DNA of 63,867 bases, filler included, from Craspedostauros australis (GCA_030167865.1; 12 parts of 12 records of this genome joined end to end with filler, not necessarily neighbours in it); one strand, 5' to 3'. Positions 26,745 to 38,996 are shown, counted from the whole stretch's first letter. The notes: generated from the sequence alone by a model not told the origin. Made by a program: numbers and translations.

Positions 26745-27176
26745 ATGGTTGAGAAAGGAAGCCGTGGAAGATCTCTTGCCGCCGGAATCAAGCACAAGGT
26801 TTCGGCCGGTCTGCCAACCGCTGCCGTCGTGAACTGTGCTGACAACTCCGGTGCCAAGAACCTCAGAATCATCGCTGTTTGCAATATTGGAGGACGCCTG
26901 AACCGTCTCCCAAAGGCCGGATCAGGTGACATGGTCATGTGCTCCGTCAAGAAGGGAAAGCCAGAGCTCCGAAAGAAGGTCCTCCCAGGTATCATCGTCC
27001 GACAACGCAAGTCCTTCCGACGCAAGGAAGGTGTCTTCATCCACTTCGAGGACAGCGCCGGTGTCATCGTCAACAACAAGGGTGAAATGAAGGGATCTGC
27101 TGTTTCCGGACCAGTCGCCAAGGAATGTGCTGAGCTCTGGCCACGTATCGCCTCCAACGCAGGATCCATCTTGTAA
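26745..27176 (+). CDS. RPL23: 60S ribosomal protein uL14 (eukaryotic L23), intronless
   Basis: [31 protein letters not shown] and [28 protein letters not shown]. Confidence 0.97.
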   Translation: MVEKGSRGRSLAAGIKHKVSAGLPTAAVVNCADNSGAKNLRIIAVCNIGGRLNRLPKAGSGDMVMCSVKKGKPELRKKVLPGIIVRQRKSFRRKEGVFIHFEDSAGVIVNNKGEMKGSAVSGPVAKECAELWPRIASNAGSIL

Positions 27177-27724
27177 GCGGCGACTCGAGCAAACAAACTG
27201 AAAACCTAAACAAATCCTATACCCCCACTTTATCAGTCGTTGTTGCACAACCGTGTGCTGTGCAGCAGGAAATATGAACCGCAAGGTTGTACTCTATCCA
27301 TGCCAGGGATGTTGCGGTGCATAGGGTTGCACGACTATTCCACCTGCAGAGCATCAAAGCCAAGGATAGTACAAGAAACTCCAACACAATCCAATTGCCT
27401 GAATCCGAGTCTAATCTTACCTGTAGACATTGATGGACACGATGGAACCAATCAACGATGAGAACCCTTCGGATGCAAAAAACGAAGTGATGCCAAACGG
27501 AACACTCCACATCAGCGTCACACAGCGCATCATCCTCGCGGAAAGACGTCACTCGCGACGTTGCTGCACCGCGCAAGGGCGCAAATCCAAGGAGAGGGGC
27601 TGTATCTTTCCATTCTGCTGCTCAATCGTACTCCCGCAATCCACTGCATCACCCACAAATCAAAGACTTTGGCAATACATCATCTCCAGACGACTCTTCC
27701 TCTGCTCAAGTCCAATCCACGACC

Positions 27725-28732
27725 ATGAAGTACACCATCTCCGCCGCGGCGCTGTCGCTGTTCCTGCTGTCTCTCGCGGATCCAACAACGGCCTTCCTTC
27801 CCATCGGCATGCACTCGTCGACACGATCCAGCACAGCCCAGCATGCCTTCTGGAGGAATTCTGATGACGCAACTCGCAATGACGAGAAACGCAACACGCT
27901 GGCAGCCACGATCGTGATGGCCATCGCACTGACGTGCAGCAGCCCAGCGTGGGCCGTCAGCGGAGGTGGTCTGGATTATGCCAACATCGACATCTCTGGA
28001 CAGGACTTCGGTGACGGGTCCTACAAGGGCAAGGACTTCACCCAGGTCATTGCCAAGAACACCAACTTTGCCAAGTCCAATCTGCAAGGATGCCGATTTT
28101 ACAAGGCCTATTTGGTAGGTTCGGTTGTTCTGTGGCGTATGTGTGTAGCGTGATGTGGTGTGTTGCAGTGCGATGCAGTGCGGCACATGGCGATGCGGGA
28201 TGAGATGGCCTCGTGAGGTCATACTGAGTTCGGTGGGCACCAGAGCATACTGGGTTACGATTTGTTCAAGGACGGGATCTCATCTTCGTTTGCTTCCTTG
28301 CCTCCTTTCTCTCTATCTCCCCTGCTGTTTGCGTTCGCTCCGTGGGGCATGATGTGGATTCATCTCTTCTCTCTAACCCCACAAACTCAATCACAATGCA
28401 ATCAACGCAATGCTCCAACACATACTGCATGCATTTGAACCGCAAACTCACGCTCCCAACAAAAACAGGTCAACACCAACTTCGAGGCCGCCGATCTGCG
28501 CGGTGCCTCCCTCGAGGATACCAGCATGGATGGCGCCAACATGAAGGACGCCATCGCTGTCGGTTCCTATTTTTCCAAATCCATCCTCGATGTTGCCTCC
28601 GTGGAGAATGCCGATTTTACCGATGCTCAATTTCCGCTCAAAACGCAACCGCTTCTGTGTCTACGCAATGATCTCACTGGAACCAATCCTGTCACTGGCG
28701 CTGATACCCGAGAATCGGCGATGTGTCCGTAA
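27725..28732 (+). CDS. Thylakoid-lumen pentapeptide-repeat protein (~217 aa, 2 exons)
   Basis: Signal peptide plus TA-FLP, then a hydrophobic lumen signal ending AWA. A(D/N)Lxx repeats are joined across a GTAGGT...CAG intron at 28115-28468. C-terminus GTNPVTGADTRESAMC. Confidence 0.9.
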
Positions 28733-28968
28733 GCATTGATGGAGAGAGAGAAAAAGATAACGGCAAATCGCAATCGCAATCGTAATTCATTGGACAGCAG
28801 CTACAGCAAATGAATTATCGTCATGCATGGCAATCACATAGTGCCACAAGACAAACAGCTAAACACACAGGCACACATACGCACGCAGACTCATGCACAA
28901 AAAGAGAGAGAAAGAAAGAGAGACAACATATTCTGCAAGAGGACGACACCTACTTTCTCATTGCTTGT

Positions 28969-31900
28969 CTATTCGTTCTGTATGCTCGCTTTGGACTCGT
29001 CGTCCGTTATCCCGAATAACTCGAGACAATGTTGATGATCGGCTGGATGTCCCCAGCCACCATACCCCTTGCGTGCCTTGCGAGTTTTTTTCACCGGTGG
29101 CGTGGAAAGATTGGCATTCGTCGGCACCTCGAAGCTCATCATCAGCTGTTTGCCCTTCACGATGTTGGCTTGTAGGCGTTTCATCATTGCATGCATGTTC
29201 TTCTCGTGCATGCCACCTTCCAATCCAATGTGGATGGCCTGCGGTTTGGACGGCGATACAACGTATTCAGGAAGGATACCCTTGGCCATGAGATGGACCA
29301 TGGACCAGTCCCTGTCGCAAAGTGTCACAGAGTAACGGAGAGCAGGGGATGTACGAATACGAAGGTTTGGTACCATGACGTTTGAAGCGCCCGGTGCCAT
29401 ACAAGACGAAAATGGAAGGAAGACAAGAAAGCAACAGCAGCATCGCTGTGAGTTTGTGTGCTGTGATCGATCCCATGCGTGCACTCTGCCATGCACTCTT
29501 TCACCCAGCCAGCCACCCATTCGTTCATTCATTCATCTATTCATTCATCCGGTCGTTCATGATGCCCATTGATCAAAAAACAGCACCTACCAGTTGTAAT
29601 CATCAAACGTGCAGTACTCTTTGGCACCCGACCGGATCTTGGCATAGATAGCACGATCGATCGCCATCGGCCCAGTCACGAACACCTTGTGAATGAACTT
29701 GTTCACTTCAAATCGTTTGCCCTTCAGCGTCGATTGCATGAAGCCTTCGGTGGGATCCAACGTCACGCCAAAGTACCGTTCGCGGTATCCACCTCGATCG
29801 ATGGCGCGGTAGGCCTCGACAAGGGTGCGATAGATCATCGGCGCGATGACGTAATCCTCCTCCAAAAACAGAAAGGCACGCGCGTTGCCAAGTTTGACGC
29901 TGCCGAAGACCTGATTGAGTAACCACGTGAAATGGTGCTTGCAGCATGTGATCTTGGCCTCGCGTTTGTGAAGGTAGGTGTCGCCAGCGTAGTCGATGTT
30001 CAATTTGGGATCGTCTCCAGGGAAGGTATCGGGATGTTCCAAGCAGGAGAATGGATGAAAGACTTGGATGATATCAAACTCATCTTCTCGCTTCAATTCT
30101 TCGACGAATTCCACAACCTCCGCAACTCTGCCATCGTGCGAAATGATGACGGGGACTCGATCTCGCGGAAAGTCGGACTGGCGCAGAGACGCAATGGCCT
30201 CCTTCAGATAATCCACGCGTTGGTACACCATGTACACGAACGGAAATGTCTCCGTGGCAAAGTTGATGGGATCAGGTCCCGACGATTTCTCGACGGTCTT
30301 CTCCTTCTTGGCTGGCATGTTGACGGGGGTAATCTGTCCCAAGTTGCTCGCATCGATCTTGAGATCCTCAAAGCTTGCTATTCCTCGCAATCCACCGGTA
30401 CTTTTCGGTTGTTGCGTCACCTTGCCAAACATCTCCAACGGATGGTTCAATTCCTTCCACATTCGCTTGGCCAGCGGCGTGATAATGAACTCAGGTGCCT
30501 CGGTATCGTAAGATTTTCCGTCCTCAACTACGACACGCAGACGCGTGCGTGTGGGCACGTTATCCGTCACTCCCTGCGCCAACCCACGCGCATCGTCCTG
30601 CTTCAGGCGACGGTCCAACCAAATGTCGATCGATCCTTCCTGCAACGACGCCGCGCCTTGCGCATGTTCGCTGAGCACCGTCAGGCGCTGATTCGAATCT
30701 TCAATCGAAGCATGCGTTGGCATGGGGAAAACCTGGGACTGGATGGGCATGTCGTCACGGAAATAATGCGTGTCGAAGTTGTATCCATTCAAATCCGTGT
30801 GGAAGACTCCGGCATTGGCTATATCTCCCGAGAAGCGCACAAACCATTCCTCATTGGCCGTCTGCAAGTCGGTCTCGTAGATGAAATCGATGACCGTTGC
30901 AGATTCCCCATTCGGTGGTTTCTTCACGACGACGGTGCGTTTCCAAAACTCCGTCTCAAGCACGTATCCATCCTCCGAGATGGTTGATTCCTGAACATCG
31001 TGATGTTGGAGCTTGCCGGGAAAGAAGAGGTAGGCACCGCCCTTGCTCACCTTCCAGACCATCCATTCCTCGCGGATGGGATGCGTCATGAGACCGTTCT
31101 CATCGAATTGAACCGTGCCTTCGCCGCCGCCAGGCACTTCGCACGGTAACTGCGCCAATTTCGTCTTGCGCGGCGGGACGACAACATCACCGCAGACTTG
31201 ATCGAACTCCACCGGATTGTAGACAAGGATCTTTGCATCCGGAGCGCACAGATTCTGGCTCAACCCGCGCGGCGCATCGGACTGCCAGCACGCCTTGAGG
31301 GTATGCAGATCAAATCCATGCCCGTCCACATCACCCAACAGCTGAGGTGCGATCTTGCTTTGCAACGATCCAATGGCGGCATGGATGCGCTTGGCGTAAT
31401 CGAGGACGACGTGCGTTTTGGCCGTGCCCGTGACGCCATCGTGATGCTGAAAGAGACTGAGCGCACGCCGTTCGTCTTGCAGATCCGTGCGCGAATACCC
31501 GAGCTTGCTGGCCGCGAAGAGAAGGCGTTCCAATTTCCGATCCAACGCCTTGTCAAAGATGCGCGACGTGAAGTAGCCGCTCCAGTAGTCCTGCTCGCGG
31601 TCGGCGTACGTGAAGAAGCTGCCCTTGAGGATGGGTGGTTCGAATTTGCCCATGACGGCCTCGAAGTATTGCGACAACGTGCCAAACTGGATGGACACGT
31701 TGTCGACATTGTCGTTGATGTAATCAAAGATACGCTGATAATTCTCAAACTGATAGTCGGCCTCACGCACGGATTGGTACCGAAAGTCATCGCCGAGCGG
31801 CGCCAGCACGACGTTGGATCGATACAGGTTGGCCTTCTTGCGGTACTGATCCAACAGCAGAAGCGACCGCTCCTCCACGTTGCTGTCATCAATCGGCTTG

Positions 31901-33258
31901 ACGTTCTTCTTCCACGGACACTTGCCGTAATTGGCGAAGCCGCCCTTGTTCTTGCTACCGCCGTTGTGAAATCCTTGCACGCGCGCAAAATCGAATTGGC
32001 AGCACACGCTGGGATCGGGGCCACACGTATGCGGTACGTCGTACGAGAAGAAGGGCATGGTGTGCGTGAAAATATCGTGCTGACCATCGTTGTCCCACGT
32101 CTGGCGCCACATGAATTCGAGCTGCTTGTGCTTGGCCAGTTCCTTCTTGACGGCGTAGTGGACGCGCTGGATGAGCATGCCGTGGAAACCGTACTTTTGG
32201 AGGAGATAGGCCATGGTAGGGGAGTAACCGAAGGGATCGATGGACCAGCCGTATTTCGGCAGATATTCTTTGCCGCCAAAGGCGGACGTGATGAAATCGT
32301 GGCCTTCCTGCAGCTGGATCTCCATGGCGTAAAGCTGCGTATTGGCCTCATCGGGTTGCACCCACCCGCCCGTGACGAACTCGAGCTGTCCATTGGCCAA
32401 CAGTTGCTTCGTGAGCTGCTGCACATCGGCTGACTGCTCCTTCCACCACCATTCGAAGTAACTGATCTCGGCCCAAATGAACTTGCGCCGCGCATCCTTG
32501 GCCAACGACTCCACGACGCTGGATAGGATCGTCTTGGTCTGAGACTGGAAGTACTGATCGAACGTCTTGATCCAACCCGGATCGCAATGCGAATGCGGTA
32601 CGACGAAGATCTGGAGGGGACGCGAGTCGTCGACGGGTTGCACGTCCCATCCTTGCTTCCAGACGCCGCCGTCGGGGTTGTCGAACGGGAGCGTGCGCGC
32701 CATCTGTCGCATGTCGATCATCTCCTTGGCGTTGGGCGTGACTTTGGGTGTGGCGTGGATCGGTGACGTGTGCGTCGTTTGCGCGATCTGTGGCACTTTG
32801 TGCATGTCTCCCTTCTGCATAACTTGCTGGACGTTCGCGATCATATCGTTCGTATCCACATGCTTGCTCTTTGTTGTGCGCATGAGGAAGACGGTGAGGA
32901 CGATCCAAATGCCAATGAGCAAGCAGAGGACGAGCACCATGCAGCATGTCAGCAGGCGACCCGACTTTTTGTTCCTGTCGGACTTCTTGCGCTTCTTTTT
33001 GGATTGTCGTTGCCGTTGTTTGTGGCCGTGCAAGTCTGCGTGCTGTTGGACGCTATTGTTGTTGTTTTTGTTGCTGTGACTGGCGGTGGCTGCATTGTGA
33101 TCCGGCTGCTTCCCACTTCTGCTTTTGGCTTCATTCCTGGAAGAAGGATGTGATACGTTGGAGGTTGGCGGAGTGATGCATGACAGATCGACGCTGTTGC
33201 CGCTGTTCACGCCAACATTCGCGTTGCCGCTGTTCTTCGTTCTCGACCGGATCGGCAT
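28969..33258 (-). CDS. Golgi alpha-mannosidase II (GH38) fused to N-acetylglucosaminyltransferase II (MGAT2/GT16), ~1336 aa, 2 exons
   Basis: Type II TM LLTCCMVLVLCLLIGIWIVLTVFLM. GH38 motifs VVPHSHCDPGW, WSIDPFG, PLGDDF and LFQHHDGVTGT. In the same ORF, MGAT2 motifs IISHD, QVFHPFS...FPGDDP, HKREAK..CKHH and FLEEDY. Intron 29590-29312 restores CTFDDYNWDW, and the last exon has HIG..GGMH and GGWGHPADHQHC. Confidence 0.92.
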
Positions 33259-34007
33259 GGTTGCGGATTGCCAATGAAGAGGGAAGAAGAGGAGGGCGCC
33301 GCGGAAGGAAGGAGAGAAAGCAGGAGTGCTCGTTGATGGATGCTGTCTCCTTCGCCTTGCACTCAAAGATTCAATGGCCTATTCTCCCCATCCAACGTCC
33401 CAACAAGGCAGTTTGCGAGAGAGTATTATACTTCGGAGCTTCACTCTGCCCTCTATCTCTCTGTCTCTCTGCTTGATGCCTGGGTTACGGATGACTCTAT
33501 GTTGAATGTACAATACGAAAGATGTAATAGGCAAGACCAGTGGCAACCAGGTCTCGACACAGAGACGGAGGTGCGGGCTCTCCAAGGAGAGGTGATGGTG
33601 ATGATGATGACTGCGTCTTGAGTGAAGGCTCTGCTCTTGTTTTCTCGCATTGTCGCTGGTTGGTTTTGTGTTGCTGTGAATCGTCACACCATTCATTTCT
33701 CGGTTTTTGGTTATCCACGACTCGGATGCTTCCAGTCTTTTTGCGACATTTTTCTTCCCTCTTGGGGTGGGGACTTGGTTCAATCCGAGCATCCAAGCAC
33801 ATCTCCTCCATCATTCATGTACAATCTGCTGCGAACGTATGACATGGGCTGCACTACATGGTTACATTTCAGCATAAGTTTATCACTATGCTGTGCTGCT
33901 GCTCCACATCTTCACAAAGTGCGGTGTTCCACCCAAGCACGATCTATGCATCGCAACCCAACACGGTCGTACTCGTGGATTTCATGCTATCGTTATTCTT
34001 CTCCAGT

Positions 34008-35126
34008 TCAATCCGGCATGCGGGACATCACATCGCGGATGATGGCGATATCGTAGGGATCTTCGTCATACCGATCGAAACAGCTGCGGCACATGACATA
34101 CCCTCGTCCGCGACAGCTGGAGCACTGCACGCTGCGTCCACCCATGGCGACGTACGTTCCCACGCCGTCGCAGTTGGGACATTCTGCACGTCGTGTGTCA
34201 TTGCACACTTGGCATGGCTCTTCCTTCTTCTTTTCTATGGTTTTCGCACCCAAATAATCCCAAAACCCGCGCGCCAAATTGCCGTTAGCGGGACCGCCCA
34301 GGAAGTAGACGGGGAGGATCCACAGCGGAAAGAACCCCGTCTCGCCTGCATCCGTGTAGTGGTACTGCTGCAGCAGCGTGATCAATGCCACCTCTATCAG
34401 CGGCCCGCCCAGCCCCGTCGCGGCGCTCGTCACGAATCCGCTGCGCGTGTTGTCCAATCGCCAGAATCCCACGGCCGCGATAGCCGACATCACGTTGAGG
34501 ATTGTGGTGCGGTCGTATTCTCCAGAATAGAAGAGGATTCCGCTGAGCCAATATTGGAACGTGAAGATGGCGATGCCGACCATGATCTTGGGTCCGGATG
34601 GATGCAGCGCAGCGTCCGTCTTGTCCTCCAGGATGTGATCCAACACGATGTAGAGCCAACCGATCAGGAAGCCGGCCAGTCCGAACAGTTCGGGGACCCA
34701 CCAGGCCGTGGTCAGCGCCGGAAACTCGGGCGATGTGCTCCACAGCTGGAAGATGATCGGGTTGTCGTATTGCAGCACGTGGAAGGCGCTGTGATAGGCA
34801 TCGAGGAAGGGTCCCAGGATCGCGCCGGACAGCGTCATCAACAATGAGAATTGTGCGGATCGAACGGGACGTTCTGTGATGGCGGCGTGCCATGGCACAT
34901 TGTTGTTGCTGTTGTTGTTGTCATTCGATGATGCCTGCAATGATGTTGATGATCGAGTGGACCACGATGGAATTGCCAATGTTGGTTGTGCGGCTTCTTG
35001 TGATGTTGCGATTCCTCTGTGTGGCCGAATCGGAAAGGATGTCACATCCGAAACAGCGGCAAGGCAGAGCAACGCCAACGGCAGCAGCAAGCACTTCGTA
35101 CCATCACGATAGTTGCGCATCCGCAT
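34008..35126 (-). CDS. Plastid-targeted multi-pass membrane protein (plant INSIG-like family) with a C-terminal DnaJ-type Zn finger, ~372 aa
   Basis: Signal peptide ending VTS-FP. Membrane region GAILGPFLDAYHS, WWVPELFGLAG, GGPLIE and PLWILPVYF. Zn finger CQVC-x7-CPNCDGVG...CSSCRGRGYVMCRSC. Confidence 0.72.
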   Translation of the reverse strand: MRMRNYRDGTKCLLLPLALLCLAAVSDVTSFPIRPHRGIATSQEAAQPTLAIPSWSTRSSTSLQASSNDNNNSNNNVPWHAAITERPVRSAQFSLLMTLSGAILGPFLDAYHSAFHVLQYDNPIIFQLWSTSPEFPALTTAWWVPELFGLAGFLIGWLYIVLDHILEDKTDAALHPSGPKIMVGIAIFTFQYWLSGILFYSGEYDRTTILNVMSAIAAVGFWRLDNTRSGFVTSAATGLGGPLIEVALITLLQQYHYTDAGETGFFPLWILPVYFLGGPANGNLARGFWDYLGAKTIEKKKEEPCQVCNDTRRAECPNCDGVGTYVAMGGRSVQCSSCRGRGYVMCRSCFDRYDEDPYDIAIIRDVMSRMPD

Positions 35127-36512
35127 GATGTCCTTGGTGTACGAGTATGCGTGGGTCTCATTCAATGTCTCTGTTGCTGTTCGCCTTTGGTTTGGATCGC
35201 ATCGGCTTGAGTTGATTTGACTTGGTTGTCTGGTGATGCGACGATGTGTGGTTGGATGGTGTTTGTCGGGTGATGTCGGTGGACATTTCATGTGATGGTT
35301 TTCGATGGCGTCATATCCGAGTCTATGGAAGTAATCTAGATGCTTTCGGCGTCGTACCATCGTGTCTACATCCACAACAACTACGACCTATGTACATCGA
35401 AATCAATTCCGACATCTTGTTACAGCATGTCTGATTCTCCCATACCTCTCCGATCCACCACATCCATCACACCTTCACAGCACATGTGCAATCTTATTCT
35501 ATATTGGATCGTTGCACTTCCGCCACACCGGGGCAGCATGCCATCGGCACGAAACGATGTCCAATTGACCTCTCACGCAGTGCCATCTCGCCTCCAAGAT
35601 TGGAGTTGCTGAGGGTTTGACACGATTGCCACATGCCATGGAATAGCGCCATCAGAGGACCTCTGGCAATCCATTTGGCGAGATGGCAATGGCCGATCTC
35701 CGTTGCGACCGAATGAACAACCGAGTCCAAGTCATTACGAACACTCGTGATTGTGTCCCACTTCGCACCCCAAGTTTCTGGCGGTTTCTCTTCGTCCAAA
35801 CGAGAGGCCTCCCATGTTCGTCGCTAGCAAGATCGTCGATGCCCAGAGTGAACCCTGCGTCGCGACTCCGCCTGAAGTCTTGGCCGCATTACGCACGATC
35901 GACGTCCGAGTATCTTTGGCCACTCGCGGCCTCACTACCTGCTGCTGATTTATTGTCTTGGATCGGGCGTCTGGCTCTTGATTCCGCCAAACAGTCCTCG
36001 TTGGAACATAGAAGAGCAACAAATCCACCACTCAGTGAATCTTGGATGTCAAGACAGAGCAATCCGTTCTGTTTCATTCTCACAAAATCCAATGCGAACG
36101 CAAACACAGATGATGCTAAGGACAAGGTCACGTAAGAGGTCCACGAACAGCACCGCAAAGAAGGCGAGCGTTTCTCATCTGATCGTCTGTGCACACGAAG
36201 CAATCACTATCCTCTCCTCTCCTCTGCTACATACTCCACTCTGCTCTGCTCTACTCTGCTATACTCCAATCTTTCAACTCAACTTGACTTGCTTTAACTC
36301 ACCTCCAGACTCATCTCAACTCACGCCAGCGCACCGCACTCCAGCGTAGTTTCAATCTCTTTGCTTCTCCCTCTCTGCGGTGCTATGCCGCTCCCCAAAG
36401 AAAGTGAGCGATCTCTTCGCCGAGATTGCAAATCTCAGCATGTCTGCTCATAAAATCTCGATCACAATTACAATCATCCACATCATCAATCACAACAGAA
36501 CATCAATCCATC

Positions 36513-37666
36513 ATGACCATCCTTAGCATCAAGAACGAGATCGTCGCATTGGTTGTGGCAAACAGCCTCTTCTTCCATGGCGTCGATGCGTTGCTGGACA
36601 ACGCCGTCGCAACCGGTGACCACAACACCATCATCGACGATGTGCATGCGTCTCGCAAGAAGCTGAGACACGGACTCACCAATGACCATGCGCACGTGCA
36701 TAAGCACGACGGCTCCGATGGGCTGAATCACGCGGAGATGCTCGAAGCATACATGGCACAAGGCACGCAACTTCGCACCCCCGTTCGTCATCAGCAGGCA
36801 TCGTTGTCAGTTGCTGGCGGAAAGCCATCTCAACTGATTGACGTTGGCCGTTTGCAAGGAAATCCGGCATTCGATGCCGACGCCCCCACGTTGGATGCAA
36901 CAGGTAAGCCCATGCCACGCAAGCTCAAAAGCTCCAAGCACTCGGCAACTGTGTCATCCAATGAAGACAACTCGGTCGACACGCCAACGCCGACTTCTTC
37001 CGGAGATCGCGCCTCGACAGGAGCATCGGGAGACAATGGTATCCCAGTGGTCACCGGGCCAACTGGAACGTCCGGAGACGCTCCAGAAACCACGACGTCT
37101 CAAGATTCCTCCGGCGGAGACGCAACCTCGGACTCGGGTGATGGATCGACCTTCTGCTTCACCGGAACGGCTACAGGCGTCACCGCAGCCTGTTCATCGG
37201 CCAATGTCAACTGCTGTGTCACACCAGATGGTGCCTCCCGCGATGCATGCGGCTGGGCCAGCCACCGACATGTGCGAGTCTGTGCCAACTCCTGCAACGG
37301 AGATGGAGCTTGCATGTTGGGAACAGATGCAACCACCAACATCGGTTTTGGATTCGTTTCCTGCAACGGTGAGGACGCATGCGCCAGCTCCGTCGGATAC
37401 GTCGAGAACAATTCCTGCAACGGCGAGAGAGCTTGTGATAGAAACATTGGACACATCGCCAAGGGCTCCTGCATTGGCGAAGACGCTTGTGCGAGCAACA
37501 AAGGCGACATCCATACCAGATCCTGCATTGGGATCAGCGCTTGTGTCTACAACTACGAGAGTGTTGGGACAGGATCTTGCCTTGGCGAGAGAGCCTGCAC
37601 CTTCAGCTATCGCGCAGTTGGTGACAACTCCTGTGTGGGACCATCTGCGTGCGAAGAGAGCTTGGG
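36513..37666 (+). CDS. Secreted protein with an S/T/G/D-rich linker and tandem SCxGxxAC repeats (3' truncated)
   Basis: Signal peptide ending GVDA, then RKL-KSSK. Seven SCxGxxAC units, mostly with an 18-aa period, run into the contig end. Confidence 0.8.
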
Positions 37667-37766
37667 NNNNNNNNNNNNNNNNNNNNNNNNNNNNNNNNNN
37701 NNNNNNNNNNTTAATTAATTAANNNNNNNNNNNNNNNNNNNNNNNNNNNNNNNNNNNNNNNNNNNN
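37667..37766. other. Artificial contig linker
   Basis: N44-TTAATTAATTAA-N44. Confidence 0.97.
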
Positions 37767-38014
37767 ATCTGGAGAGCAGAAGGACGCCTACTGACGTTGA
37801 CAGGATGTCATCATGTCACCACATCGACATCTGTCTCCAAGTCAGAGCAGGAGGCGAAGATCCGATGACCAAAGGGCATCAAGATCATGGATACAGAAGG
37901 TGAACTTCAAATGGTAAGTACTCATGGAGTAGGAGCCAGTACTGAATGAACGGAGTGTCGAATGCGGAGTATGCATCGAACACGGAGTATCGTGTAGCAC
38001 GAGCACACGATGTT

Positions 38015-38040
38015 GAGAGAGAGAGAGAGAGAGAGAGAGA
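38015..38040. repeat. (GA)13 microsatellite
   Basis: Direct reading. Confidence 0.95.
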
Positions 38041-38250
38041 ATACAGAGAGGAGCGAGAGAGCATCTCGCGTACCGACTCATAGTTGGAGACCGAATCTAT
38101 GAAACAGATTGAAGCACTGAGAGCATCAGGCAAGAGAACGGGCGTACACCAAGAGGATTGGAGTGCCAACGTAATGAAATAGCAAACGAACGACTATCAA
38201 CGAACACCATCTTCCACGATCGTAGGTTACCGTGAGCGGAACTTGCCAAC

Positions 38251-38996
38251 AAACACCCGCCCTGAGTGCTCCTTCGCAATCAATCAGTGTGCGCGCTTTT
38301 GCAATGATCCCAAGCAACCACACGAACAGGCCCTCAAACGCATCGGGCGCTACCTGCTCGGCACATCGCAAGAAGGTCTCCTCATCAAGCCCTCATCGCA
38401 CCGCGCTTTGGACTGCTATGTCGACGCAGACTTCGCAGGACTGTGGAATGCGGAAGACAACCAGGATCCAACGTGCGTCAAGTCTCGCACAGGGTTCGTC
38501 ATCATGCTTGGAAACATGCCCATCATCTGGAAGTCCAAGTTGCAAACCGAGATCGCCGTCTGCACTCAGGAGTCCGAATACACCGCGCTCTCCACGGCGA
38601 TGCGCACGCTGGTCCCTTTCCGTGAGACCCTGCGTGAGATCACTTTGTGCTACGGCATACGCGCGCCAGAACTCTCCGACCTCACTACCATCCACGAGGA
38701 CAATCAGGCAGCCATCGCGCTCGCAACCACTGAGCCAGCCAGAATGACTCCTCGCTCCAAGCATATCGCTGTGAAGTACCACTGGTTCCGCTCCCATCTC
38801 CGCAAGGGTGCCGTCGAAATCAAGCACGTATCTACAGACAAGCAATTGGCTGACATCCTCACCAAGGCCCTCGCTCGCGTCAAGTTTGCCGAGGCTCGCC
38901 AGCTCCTCATGGGTTGGTAACATTTCGTTTCCTTTTCCCATTTCGTGTTTTCGCTCATTTTGTGAACCCCATTTGTCCATTGAGGGCGAGTGTCGG
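38251..38996 (+). mobile_element. Copia (CoDi-type) RT C-terminus and RNase H, with a candidate PPT/LTR start
   Basis: NTRPECSFAINQCARF, KRIGRYL, YVDADFAGLW, KSRTG, WKSKLQTEIA...ESEY, HEDN, RSKHI, QLADILTK, ending LMGW-stop at 38920. Purine tract GAGGGCGAG is followed by TGTCGG at 38991. Confidence 0.92.

Noticed and set aside
28969..33258. Man II and GnT II as two separate neighbouring genes
   Set aside because: There is no stop, gap or frameshift between them, and the GnT II part has no TM anchor or signal peptide of its own.
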